Positions 52,821 to 64,000 of a stretch of DNA of 64,000 nt are shown piece after piece (positions within the stretch are counted from its first letter, which is position 1; each line of letters starts with the position of its first letter). The notes under the pieces are model-generated. The model was not told the origin of the DNA. It worked only from the letters and a program-made list of their open reading frames with translations, and ran no database searches. The stretch spans positions 12,214,001 through 12,278,000 of the forward strand of contig CM069167.1 of NCBI GenBank assembly GCA_035221665.1, in the 5' to 3' direction. A program made the translations under genes and the position numbers. The stretch comes from Okamejei kenojei. Taxonomy: Eukaryota.

Positions 52821-55134
52821 GGTAGCAGGATAAGTAAACGCACCAATTTTGTTTTAACAAGCTTAGGTTACATCATAAAGGTTTGAGGATATCAAAATGC
52901 GAACAACCTTTGTCACCTCATATGACTAAATACTTGATTCACTTCCTTGAAATTCCCAGTACACAAGTTAAAACGCCTTTTTTGGTGATACAGATACGGA
53001 GTATTGCATTGATGGGTTGCACACATCATTCGCAACACGTACAGGTCAAAGTGCAATGTGGCCAATGGAGGTAGCAGCAGGGGGAAGGGAGAGAGAAACA
53101 AGGCAAGGTGTTATTTTTATTCTGTACACAACCTTGGACTTTATGATGCAAGAAACAGACTTAGTGGATCAAAAATAAAAAATAGAATCCACAATTCTAT
53201 TTTCTCTTCTTATGATATTGTTCTGAAAAAGTAATACATCTTTCACAAGAGTATATTGTAACTTGCACAGAATGAACGATCGACTCAGAAGACACATCAC
53301 CAAGTTGCCTGCTATTTTGTTGATTATTTATTGGTGGGTGGCATTAATTTTGACAGTTAAACCTGGGGATGAACATAGTCACCAGAGATATAAACATATT
53401 CTTTCATCCCCACATACCTTAAATTCAAAAGGCGTAACAGAACTGTTTAACCCGATTGAGACTTTTTCGGGAAACTATAGGGCTGCCACAACTAGCTTCA
53501 GGGAATTAATATTTAATTTTACTGTACTAGAGGCTCAAAGTCCACTTCTTTGTTTAACTTAAATGGGGGAAACAGCAATGATGTCACTCCTATACTAAGC
53601 TCAGTTACCTGAAGAAATATGGATAGTGAATCAGAGACACATGATTCATTCAGATCCAAGTACATTAATCATTGCCTATTTGAACATTGTAATTACAGTT
53701 TTCATTTAGAAGTTACACTCAAGAGTAAAATGTTAATGATTCAGAAATTTCCTTTTACTCGTCACTAAAATAAATACAAACTACAACAAACTCGAGTTTA
53801 TACTGGCACAGACTGACAACCAGAATCACTTTTGCGGGTATCTCAAGTGTATACAGAAGTCCAGAATGGAGACATTCCCACCCACGGTTATTGCGTCCTT
53901 TCTCCAATGGCAAACGCCTCACTGAACCCATTATTTAAACATTAATTTTCCACAGTTGGAGTACAGGTAAGGTCATACATCTATAGTAACAAGATGTGGA
54001 GGAAGTGATTAAAGGCGCGCACATAGTTGAGTAGTGAGGTGAGAAAATATTTATTCGTCCAAAGGGCAAAGTTCTTTGGAATTTCCTACTGAACAGGGCT
54101 GTGGAGGGTCAGTCTGGGGAAATAGATTGATGGATATTAAAGGAATAAAGGATTATACAAATGCAGGATAGTGGTGCTACAGTAAAATATGACCTTATTA
54201 AATGGCAGAATAGGCTTGAGGAGCTGAAAAGCTTTTTCCTGCTTCTATTTCCTGTGTCCTTATCACTTGACTATCAGGAGTAAACACATGCAGGCAAAGC
54301 AAGATGAACATATGGCTGAAATAATTTGAAGAGAAAGAGGTTCCATTTCATGATATACAAGTACCACCACAAGACAGTACAACATTATAGAGGCAGACTG
54401 TTCGACTACAAATGAAGTCTAAACAAGGACATCAGTAATCACAAGATAAATTATCTAGTAAATGGGAGGAGGGGGTGAGGATAAGAGAGTGCTGGTAATA
54501 GTACTAAAATATTCCAAAGTATGAATTTGAGAGATAAATTTACATGCTCATGCTTTGGTCGTTGTAAATGAAGGAAAATCAAAAGATATTAAACAATTGA
54601 ATTAGGAGAGGAAATAAGAAATATTTGAATGAAAATAATTAAATAAAGTCAAAGATATGGGTTAAGATACACGGCCAAAATATGCATTATTGATACAAAT
54701 ATCTAAAAACACCCGAGACATAAAAATCAAGATAAACCGCAAGACCATTTTGGAGACATCTGCAACAGTCAGATGTTAGATCTTAATGTAATAGATTATA
54801 ATGTCCATGGGACAGATTGGGCAAATGATACCCGGAGGGGGGGGGGGGGGGGGGGCGCTAGCATTGATTAAGGGCGAAAAAGGAGATGAGATGTAGGCAA
54901 TACAATGGTAGATATAGGCAGAAGTTTCCAACAAAGGAACAAATTTCAGACTATTGCGAGTCATGCAAGGGCCTCTTGTTCACAGCTATAAAATAGCACG
55001 GCTGAAGAAATGGAAAAAAATGATTTTAAGATATGAACTTTCATACTAAATGATACTTTATTGTCACATGTACAGAGGTATAGTGAAATTCATTTTTGTA
55101 TACAGTTCAGTACAAGTATCACTACACACTTGCC

Positions 55135-55443
55135 GGTCACGGTGGTGCAGAGGTAGAGTTGCTGCCATACAGCAAATGCAGCGCCAGAGACCCGGGTTCG
55201 ATCCGACGACGGTTCTGTCTAAACGGAGTTTGTTCGTTCTCCCCTTGACCTGCGTGGGTTTTCTCCGAGATCTTCGGTTTCCTCCCACACTCCAAAGACG
55301 TGCACGTTTGTAGGTTAATTGGCTTGGTAAATGTAAAAATTGTCCCTAGTGGGTGTTGGATGGCGTTAATGTGCGGGGATCGCTGGTCGGCGCGGACCCA
55401 GTGGGCAGAGGGGCCTGCTTCCGTGCAATATCTCTAAACTAAA
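55135..55443 (+). mobile_element. V-SINE-like SINE, near full length
   Basis: Head with ggttcgatcc, core, ctaaactaaa tail. Confidence 0.88.
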
Positions 55444-56832
55444 CATTAGCACTTAGATACCTCTTAGATAAGCATCACAGATACAGTAATCTGTCACCTG
55501 TTCATATCATCCAAAGACATATGTTACTCCAGCATTTTGTCTGCTATTTAATATTTTCATCTTTGAGTTATTCCATGCATTAACCTTTCTGTGCCAGTAC
55601 CACACAGCCCTCAATTGGCCATCGTTCAAAGATTTATCTATCACCTCCAGTAATCTAGCCAACAAATCCTCCAAGACATCGAATTACAGATTCACAAACT
55701 TCTGCAAGAAATTCCATTGCATGTTAGCTTTAGGCAACTGCCCCCTTGTTATTATGCTTCGTCATTCAAGACCTCCCACTTGTGGAAAAGTCTTAATATC
55801 TATAACCCCAGTGATAGAGAAGTATCAAGTTACATCGAAATATAGAATAGTCCAAAATTCGTCCCGATATTCCAGTCCCCTCGGATCTTGTAGTTCAATA
55901 AGATTTTTTAATTATGTATTGTATTATAAGTTATAGTATATTATCATTCTTTGAAATTTCAATGAATACAGATCAAAAACTTTTATGATATATACACAAT
56001 GCTCTCAGGAAGCAGCCTGGTAAATCTTTGCTGGACTGCAGACAATAGTCTTGACCATTAAATTCTGGACTATCATGCATTTCAATGAAACTTCATTTGT
56101 CTTTGACTGACGGTAAATCAAATAATCTGTAATGTTAATAAATTTGACTAAGTAAATCATCCCGTTATAAAAAGTCTCTATCTATTTGGATTAGAATACC
56201 AATCTAGTATGAATTTCCCCTCTTATTTAAACAGTCCTGTGATTGGTGTTGCAACCAACACTAAACACAGACAAAGATCTCTTTATTGGTTATTCAATGC
56301 TCAAAATTAAGCTGGGATGTACAAATTCAAGCACATTCAAACTGTTAATGTGCAGGGATAGCTGGTCGGTGCGGACTCAGTGGGAGGAAGGGCCTGTTTC
56401 CGTGCTTTATCTCTAAACTAAAGAGATATAATTAACTAATACCTATAGTAATCTATGGAGCGCCATAGATGCTGCCTAACCCGCTGAGTTTCTCCAGCAT
56501 TTTTGTCTACCTTCGATTTTCCAGCACCTGCAGATCCTTCTTAAACCTACAGTAATCTGTAGCTCATTAACCTTACCAGAGCAACTTTTATGATCTCAGC
56601 TTGTGTTTCTGACTTACTCAAACTTTTGGTTCACTGCACCCTCCAACTTCCTTTTCTCACAAATGTTCCACTAAACGACTGAGGAATTTAATCAGGGGGG
56701 AATTTCTATGCTCCAGCATTTTACATTCTCTGGCACTGGTTTTGACTCAAAGATTCTGCACTAGAAACGTTCAACCTGTAACAGCTTTGCCCAGTTTTAG
56801 CTTTTAATAGTTACAAATGTGCCCGCCAGAAG

Positions 56833-57291
56833 TACGGTTCCAACTTTCTCACTCTCAAATAAGGGACAAAAGGTCAAAATAAGGGACAAATTTCCGATGG
56901 CAATTCATTGACTGACTTGACCGTGGCTGGGTGAATGATGCATTGGCCCAGGTGCTGGACTGCATACAAAGCCCAGCCAGCGGGCCAACTGAAGAGTTTG
57001 TCCACGAGAAGTAGGGGTGGTTGTGTCGGTGGTAAGCGAAGGTACGAAGGTCGGACAGCTGGCCGGGCTGCCGACCGGCGGGGCCATGGGCGAGGTGCTG
57101 CTAATGCACTCCATGGGCTGCGCTACGTCGGGATGGGTGAGACGAGGCCGGACTTGGCGCTCCGACCCAACAGTCCCCTCGACCCGAGTAGTAGCAGTCA
57201 AATACGGGACAAGGATGGTCCCGTATGGGACAAACCAATTTGGCCCAATATACGGGATGTCCCGGCTAATACGGAACGGTTGGTAACCCTA
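56833..57291. mobile_element. Non-autonomous hAT (Tip100-like) element
   Basis: Perfect 8-bp TSD gccagaag (56825-56832 / 57292-57299); ends tacggttccaac / gttggtaacccta; subterminal gggac repeats. Confidence 0.82.
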
Positions 57292-59866
57292 GCCAGAAGT
57301 CTAACTATATAAGCTAAATAAAAGTAGCTGCGTGTTCAAACAGCTTGAATCAATTATGCAATACATGCACCAAAATAAGCTTGGCACAGGCTCTTAAATG
57401 TTCATGAAAAATGACTAGTGATAAAGAGAGACCCACCTAATTTAGTCCAGTGTTGTTCATCTAAGTTATTTAAAAGAAAATTCAAACTATTTAATGTAAA
57501 CTAAACAACGTTAATACAATTGCAAGAAAACATATTGTTGGAATTGGCTGCGTATAAAAATGTACAAATAATCAGTATTTTTGCCAAAGAGGGTTAGTCA
57601 TTTTAAGATACTTTAACTTAAATTCCAAAATGTTTTCCACTGTGATGCATCAGAAGTTGAAGATAATTCTCATAAAAATAGACAATCTGGGCTGCAAGAT
57701 TTGGTGGAAAAAAAATTCCATTTGAAAGTTCTAATTGACACCAGCGATTTTTGCCTACAAATACACCATTGAACAATGTTTCTCCTAATTTCTTGTCATT
57801 AAATGACAGGTGGTTAGTTTGCCGTACTATTAATGTTATTAATTTTATTGACCCACAAAGGTGCAGAAGAAAAACAGATTGTATGGTCCATGGTCCTGCA
57901 TTATATATTTGCTAATAAAATACCAACTTTGTACATTTCTCTTCCCAGATTTGGTCCAGAGCTACTCAGACTGAGATTAAATAAAATGTAAAACACAATG
58001 TGATGGAGGAACTCAACGGGTCGGGCAGCAACCATTGAGACCACCTGAAATGTCATCTGTCCATCTTCCTACCATAGATGCTGATCTGCTGAGTTTCTCC
58101 AGCAGCTTGTTGTTTGCTTAAGATTCCAGCTACCACAGTTTCTTGTGTCTCCATTAAATATGATGATCTGATGTGAGAACAACATTTCCAAAAATAAGAT
58201 TTTTCTTTATAACTTTCTACAATGAAGCCTGATTTTTAATTATAACCAAAAGAAAAAGGGGGAAAAAAGGATTCCACCTTAAAATAGAGAGTATACATAC
58301 CATTAAAAAGCTATTTGCAACTAAAATAAATTATAAGAGGAAACCCACATGTAGGCAACAAAATAATGGCAACAGTATCGACAAGGGCCAAATCTCATCT
58401 AATTGAAAAGGTAGATTCACTGAATCCGAGGAAGCTGGGAACTGGACTTGGGGATAACTGGTCAGCCACAACCTTATTGAAAAGTGGAATAAGCTCAAGG
58501 TGCCAAAATTCCCCTACTCTGATATTAATAAAGATTATCTATCTTCACTACAATAATGACCTTTATGCCGTTATGACCAAGAGACCACCAATCATTTCCT
58601 TGTGGGGAAAACAAAGTTACCACAGATTTATTCCTCACTGTTGGAAATAAATTACAATATGGAGGCTGTGATTGGGATGAGAATGAAGCTGGTGGGAACA
58701 ACAAAAGGATAGGAGAATATTTCCTCAACATTTTCAAACATCTTCAGTTGAAAAGTATGTAAAATGTTTACCATGTGCCATCTTCATTCCCATCTTAAAT
58801 CACTTGCTTGAACAACAAGAAGATGGGAAGCCGAATCTCATATTTTTAGCCATACATAGCAGGGCAGACCACATCACAGGAATAGCCTAATAAATCTCTT
58901 CTGGACTATTTCCAAAGGAGCCTGTACATCCTTTTTTAAATGAGGACCAAAACTATAGAGAATAAACCAGACACCACCTCATTACTTCCCTATACAATTG
59001 TAACAATATTAATTTTGTTTTAACTGCCAATCTCCAAGCAAAGTAAGAGTTTAATACCCTGTTGTTCCTGCATAATAACTTATATTTAATGCACAAGAAC
59101 ACCTAATTTCCTCTGCAATCCACTCATTTATAATCTTTCTTCATTTAAGTAATATCTTCCTTTGCTTATGTCGTTCCACTGAACATGCAACACCCGCGAC
59201 ATTCCTACATTAAGCTCCAGTTGCCATGTTTTGCCCACTCATCCTATCAATATTTTGTCAGTCAATATCCCCAATTGCAGCACCCCTCCATTACATCCTT
59301 CTTGCAAGCGTTGAACTCCCATCGCCACCATATTAATACACTCAAGTTAAAAAGTGATTTTATTGCCTACTCAACACTGAACCCAGTAATCAGTTCACAT
59401 ATATTGAATGCAATTGAAAAGAACACCATATTATCTTCATGCTATTATCTGCAGGCTTAGTTGCCTCATCCAGGGGAAGAGGAGCACAAAAAACAAACAC
59501 CACACTCAATTCAAAACTAAGATCTATTCTTGTTAGGTTTTTATTTTAGTAATGAAACTGGTAACTGTCCTTTAGACTTGTCACAGGCTAGGCTGTACAG
59601 GAACCATGTACCAAGACCTGAGAGCTTTGTCAAAAGATAATTTGAGCTTTTTGGTATAATCTTTCACTGGACAGTTTTGCAACACATTTCATAATTTCCC
59701 TTTCACTAATCTGTTCATGCCATTCCTTCCTTACATATTAACTTGGAACTTACAAGACTTTATTCTTGCATCAAACCAACAATGTTTTGCAATAACATTT
59801 GTCAAACTGCTAATTCCTCATTTATTGGCTGAACAGCAATTGGCTAAATGCAAATATCTCAATATA

Positions 59867-60985
59867 CAGTGCCCTCCATATTGTGTACATTGTCAATTTT
59901 GAATAAAGGTCATTTTTATACACTTTGGTTTCACCATGTAGAAATTACAGCAGTGTTAATACATAGTCCCTCCATTTCAGGGCACCACAATGTTTGGGAC
60001 ACAACAATGTAATGTAAATGAAAGTAGTCATGTTGAGTATTTTGGTGCATATCCATTGCATGCATTGGCTGCTTGAAGTCTGCGATTCATGGACATCACC
60101 AGTTGCTGGGTGTCTTCTCTAGTGATGCTCTGCCAGGCCTGTATTGCAGCCATCTTTAGTTTATACTTGTTTTGTGGGCTAGTCCCCTTCAGTTTCCTCT
60201 TCAGCATATAAACGGCATGCTCAATTGGGTTCAGATCGGGTGATTGACTTGGACCAGTTTTTAGCTTTGAAAAACTCTTTGATGCTTTAACAGTATGTTT
60301 GGGATCATTGTCTTGCTGTAGAATGAACCGCCAGCCGGCCAATGACTTTAGGCATTTGTTTGAACTTGAGCAGATAGGATGGGTCTATACACTTCAGGAT
60401 TCATTATGCTACTACCATCAGCAGTTGTATCATCAATGAAGATAAGTGAGCCAGTACCTTCAGCAGCCATACATGCCCAGGCCATAACACCCCCATGTTT
60501 CAGATGAGGTGGTATGCTTTGGATCTTGGGCAGTTCCTTCTCTCCTCCATACTTTGCTCTTGCCATCACTCTAAGTTAATCTTCATCTCATCTCATCTGT
60601 CCACAAGACCTTTTTTACGGAACAGTGGTTGCTCTTTTAAGTATTCTTGGCAAACTGTAAAGGTGATGGAAAGACTGGAGGAAAGACTAGGTGCTGAGAG
60701 CTCTCTATTACCTGCATTAAGGAGGCAATTAAACACACCTGAGCAATTACAAACGCCTGTGAAGCCAAACATTATGGAGCCATGAAATCGGGGGGGGGGG
60801 GGGGGGGGTCTATAGCTGTAATTTCTAAATGGTGAAACCAAATTGTATGAATATGGCCTTTAATAAAATCGGACAATATGCACTTTAACCACGTGATTTT
60901 TTTCTATTTCAAATCAAAAATTGTGGAGTACAGAGGCAAATAAATAAATGATGAGTCTTTGTCCCAAACATTATGGAGGGCACTG
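59867..60985 (-). mobile_element. Tc1/mariner transposon, internally deleted
   Basis: TA|CAGTGCCCTCCATA...TATGGAGGGCACTG|TA; transposase remnants VMAWACM, QQDNDPKHT, PSQSPDLNPIEH. Confidence 0.93.
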
Positions 60986-61779
60986 TAGCAAAGGACAAAT
61001 AGGAGTGAAATTTAGGAATTCTATTGTATACATTTACTAATCTTTAAAATTTAGAAAAACAAAACGAAGAAAATAACATCTTTCATAGCTACAGGACATC
61101 CCAAACAACAACAGCTTTACTTTTGCAGAGTCTATTGGAACATGAATGAAGCTCCATTTAACACATAAAAGTAGCAGAAACACCAAGATAACCAAACAAA
61201 ACGTGTTTATGATTTTGAAGTCTGGAATAAATATTGTCCTGGACAATATTTCTTTGCATTTCTTCAAATACAAGACATATTTTAAGCACACCTTTCAAGG
61301 CTGGTTGTACATTTATATGACATTAACCCAAAAGTTAGCATCTCATCAATACTGTACCAAAGTTTCAGTCTTGATTATATGCTTTTATCTTCTGACTTGG
61401 AAGCCAGTACACCAACACTGAACTGTGATTGCCATTTATAAAATTATTAATTAAAAGGACTCTGATATATTCATGCAAACTTTCCAAAGATCATTCAGCA
61501 GGAATTATTCAATTGATCTTGCTGCAAGAAGGGACTTGCTCAATCACATGTTTCTGCAGAAGTGAAATTGCAGTATTCAATATCAGGTCATTTTACAGTA
61601 AATGGGATCAGATCTATTCTGTGCCGTAGTGTGAATTGGACATTCAGAACTTTATAGTAGTATTTCACAATCAATTTCCCCTCCCCAGCAAAATATACTC
61701 AATGTTGAATCTGTAGTAGATAGTTCAACAAACCAGGTCATTTGACATTTATGTTGAGCAAGACGAGTGGAAAGCAACT

Positions 61780-62250
61780 GGCCCCAATGGAGTCGCCAGC
61801 CGCATCCTCAGGACCTGTGTAGAACAGCCAGCAGGAGTTTTCACAGGCACCTTTCCTCTCCCTACTCCATTTTTGAGGTTCTCACCTGCTTCAAGACAAC
61901 TACAATCATCCTGGTACCAAAGAAAAGCAGCCCCTCCTATGAGGCAGAAGCTAAAAAAGCTTGAAAGCTTACTACCAGAATCAGGAACGGCTTCTTCCCC
62001 ACCATAACCAGACTTTTGAATGATACTCCCATAAGCTGGGGTCTAATCCCAATTTTCCAACCCATCTTATTCCAATCTTTGCACTTGTTTTATATACACT
62101 TTCAGAAACTCTTATGTGCAATGGAAGTTCCTCTTTGGAATGGCAGTCATATTTGTATAGCTTGATTGCACTCATGTACGTCACAATTTGACTGGATAGC
62201 ATGCAAACAAAGCTTTTCACTGTCCCTTTATGCAACAATAACAAACCATT
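61780..62250 (+). mobile_element. Degenerate Rex/Babar-like LINE remnant
   Basis: TCFKTTTIILVPKK peptide joined to a tail like those at 7315-7505 and 13640-13770. Confidence 0.55.
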
Positions 62251-64000
62251 ACAAATACCATTTTAAGATGTAATCTGAAAGCACATAGATGCATTACATG
62301 AAGAAATGATAGAGCTTCTCCCAACCCATTCCAGAGTGAAAGTTGCCTGTACATGAATTCACTTAATATGGGATGTCCAGCTACCAAACTTGACAAAGCA
62401 TGGTCTTGATCCAATGGCAAGGGTGTCCGAGGTAACAGGAGATTGTCTTGGAACCTCTTGCTTGTGGATCAGCTACATTCTTTGCATTCTTGATGGGTCT
62501 GTCAGGTTTTTCCTTATATGGCATAACTTGTCAGTGTGCTCACACATCCAGGATAATACCTTATTAAAAACCTAGCTTGTCTGAACAAGCTGCTACATTA
62601 CTTCCACTGCAACATGAAACTCCTGGAATGTTAAACCATCAAATTCAGCATAAATGATTAACTCGTGCTTCTGCAAGCCCGGCACAAGCTGCAATGTCCT
62701 ACATGCCTCCAATAAAATTCAATAATTCATCTAAAAATAATTATTTGGCCATGGTCTTCACCATTTTTCATGTCAATGCACAGGCAACTTTTGCCAATAT
62801 CACTCCTCCCAAATCCAACTGAAATTTCGGTCAGAAATAGAGCACAACATTGATGAAAAATGTCCCAACAAACTTATGAATAAAGTAGTTGTTCAAAAGA
62901 TCATTTGAAAGTAAATCAATGTTACATGCTTCTATAGAAGAGAGAAAATGTTTTCTTAATACTGCCAAGAGTCTGCAATTATTTCTTCAGATTTTTCAGC
63001 CCCACAAGTTATATAAATACGAGTTCTACATTAAATTCACTGGACCAGTAATTATCCATTATTTCTAAATTCTTTTCAATCATAAGGCTGTTGCTCGAAA
63101 TACCTGCCTTATTGTCCATCGCTAATCGACCAAAAAGTTGTTGCAAGTTCACCTTGAACACTGAAAACTATGTAATGAAAGTGCCACACATGGCCATTAG
63201 ATAGGGAATTCCAGGCTTTTACCCCAGCAAATAAGCAAAAGTTGGAAGATCTAGTTTAAAGGCAATATGGTCTGTAACTTGGGAGGGGAATTTGAAGATG
63301 GTGCTATTTCCCAAACCTGCTATTTTTGTTCTGTTAGACAGCTTAGAGGTTTATCCGCGATAGTTTGAGGCAGCACCAATTTCTGCATCCATTCCATTTC
63401 ATCACATTCTTGATGCAACTTGTAAGCAATAGGAAGACTCGAGTCATTTGCCTGCCACATCATGACAAATTATATATGCCATTTACCAGCCTAAGCCAGC
63501 ATATTGTTCAAATCCTGCAGCATTCTGTCATAGACTTCATTATCTATGAGAAAATGAACACAGTGCAAACTGCAAACATTAACTTCTGCCTTTCCCCCTG
63601 CCAATACTTCTCAAAACTCCCATCCAAACCTCAACCCCACCATATATATCCCATGATTGCAACAAAGTAAACTACTCCACCTCATCTCAACTATATTCAC
63701 AATACTCAATTTTTATCCATCAACCACAAAAAAAAAATCACATGTAATGGAAATGTTCTACTTCGACATTATTATTCCTCGGGAATACCAACGATCACAT
63801 TTCCTATCCATGTGCTGCCGGCTGCAATTTATTTCCAGCAACAATAAGTTGTGCTGACAATTCCCAGCTCTACGTCGCATCTGGATGAGCAAGGATTTCC
63901 TCCAATATTGAACAGATGACTGATGCTTCCCACTTTATTCTCTTAATCGCAGGCTCCATTTTCTATCCCAGCTCCCTAGCAAATAAACAATAGGTGCAGG

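Noticed and set aside
55135-55215. tRNA-like A/B boxes
   Set aside because: SINE head, not a tRNA gene; continues into the SINE core and tail.
50946-64000. Search for MYH9 exon 3 or a nested gene
   Set aside because: No YSGLFC-type exon or coherent gene found; appears to be one long transposon-rich intron.

Overview
AT-rich vertebrate genomic DNA. The repeat content (V-SINE/HE1-like SINEs, CR1, Penelope-like elements, Rex/Babar) suggests a cartilaginous fish, probably a skate or ray; this is an inference. The whole window lies inside one minus-strand non-muscle myosin II heavy-chain gene, best matching MYH9. I mapped 33 consecutive constitutive exons (human numbering 4-36, 50945 down to 399). 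Their lengths and phases match human MYH9 as I recall them; the 5' and 3' exons lie outside the window. One intron is U12-type and two are GC-AG. Most notable observations: (1) hidden cassette exons at both motor-domain surface loops, namely a clean 21-nt loop-1 microexon (QSTVLAY) and a loop-2 exon resembling the MYH10 B2 and MYH14 C2 inserts that is in frame only when paired with a second 50-nt candidate exon; (2) short palindromic Penelope-derived insertions with 12-15 bp target-site duplications and hammerhead-like cores; (3) a chimeric retro-insertion, with a foreign AAG-tailed 3' end fused to a truncated L1 inside one TSD. Most short ORFs in the supplied track are exon read-throughs, transposon debris or noise. 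Paralog sequences are quoted from memory and transposon family names come from motif recognition; no database search was run.
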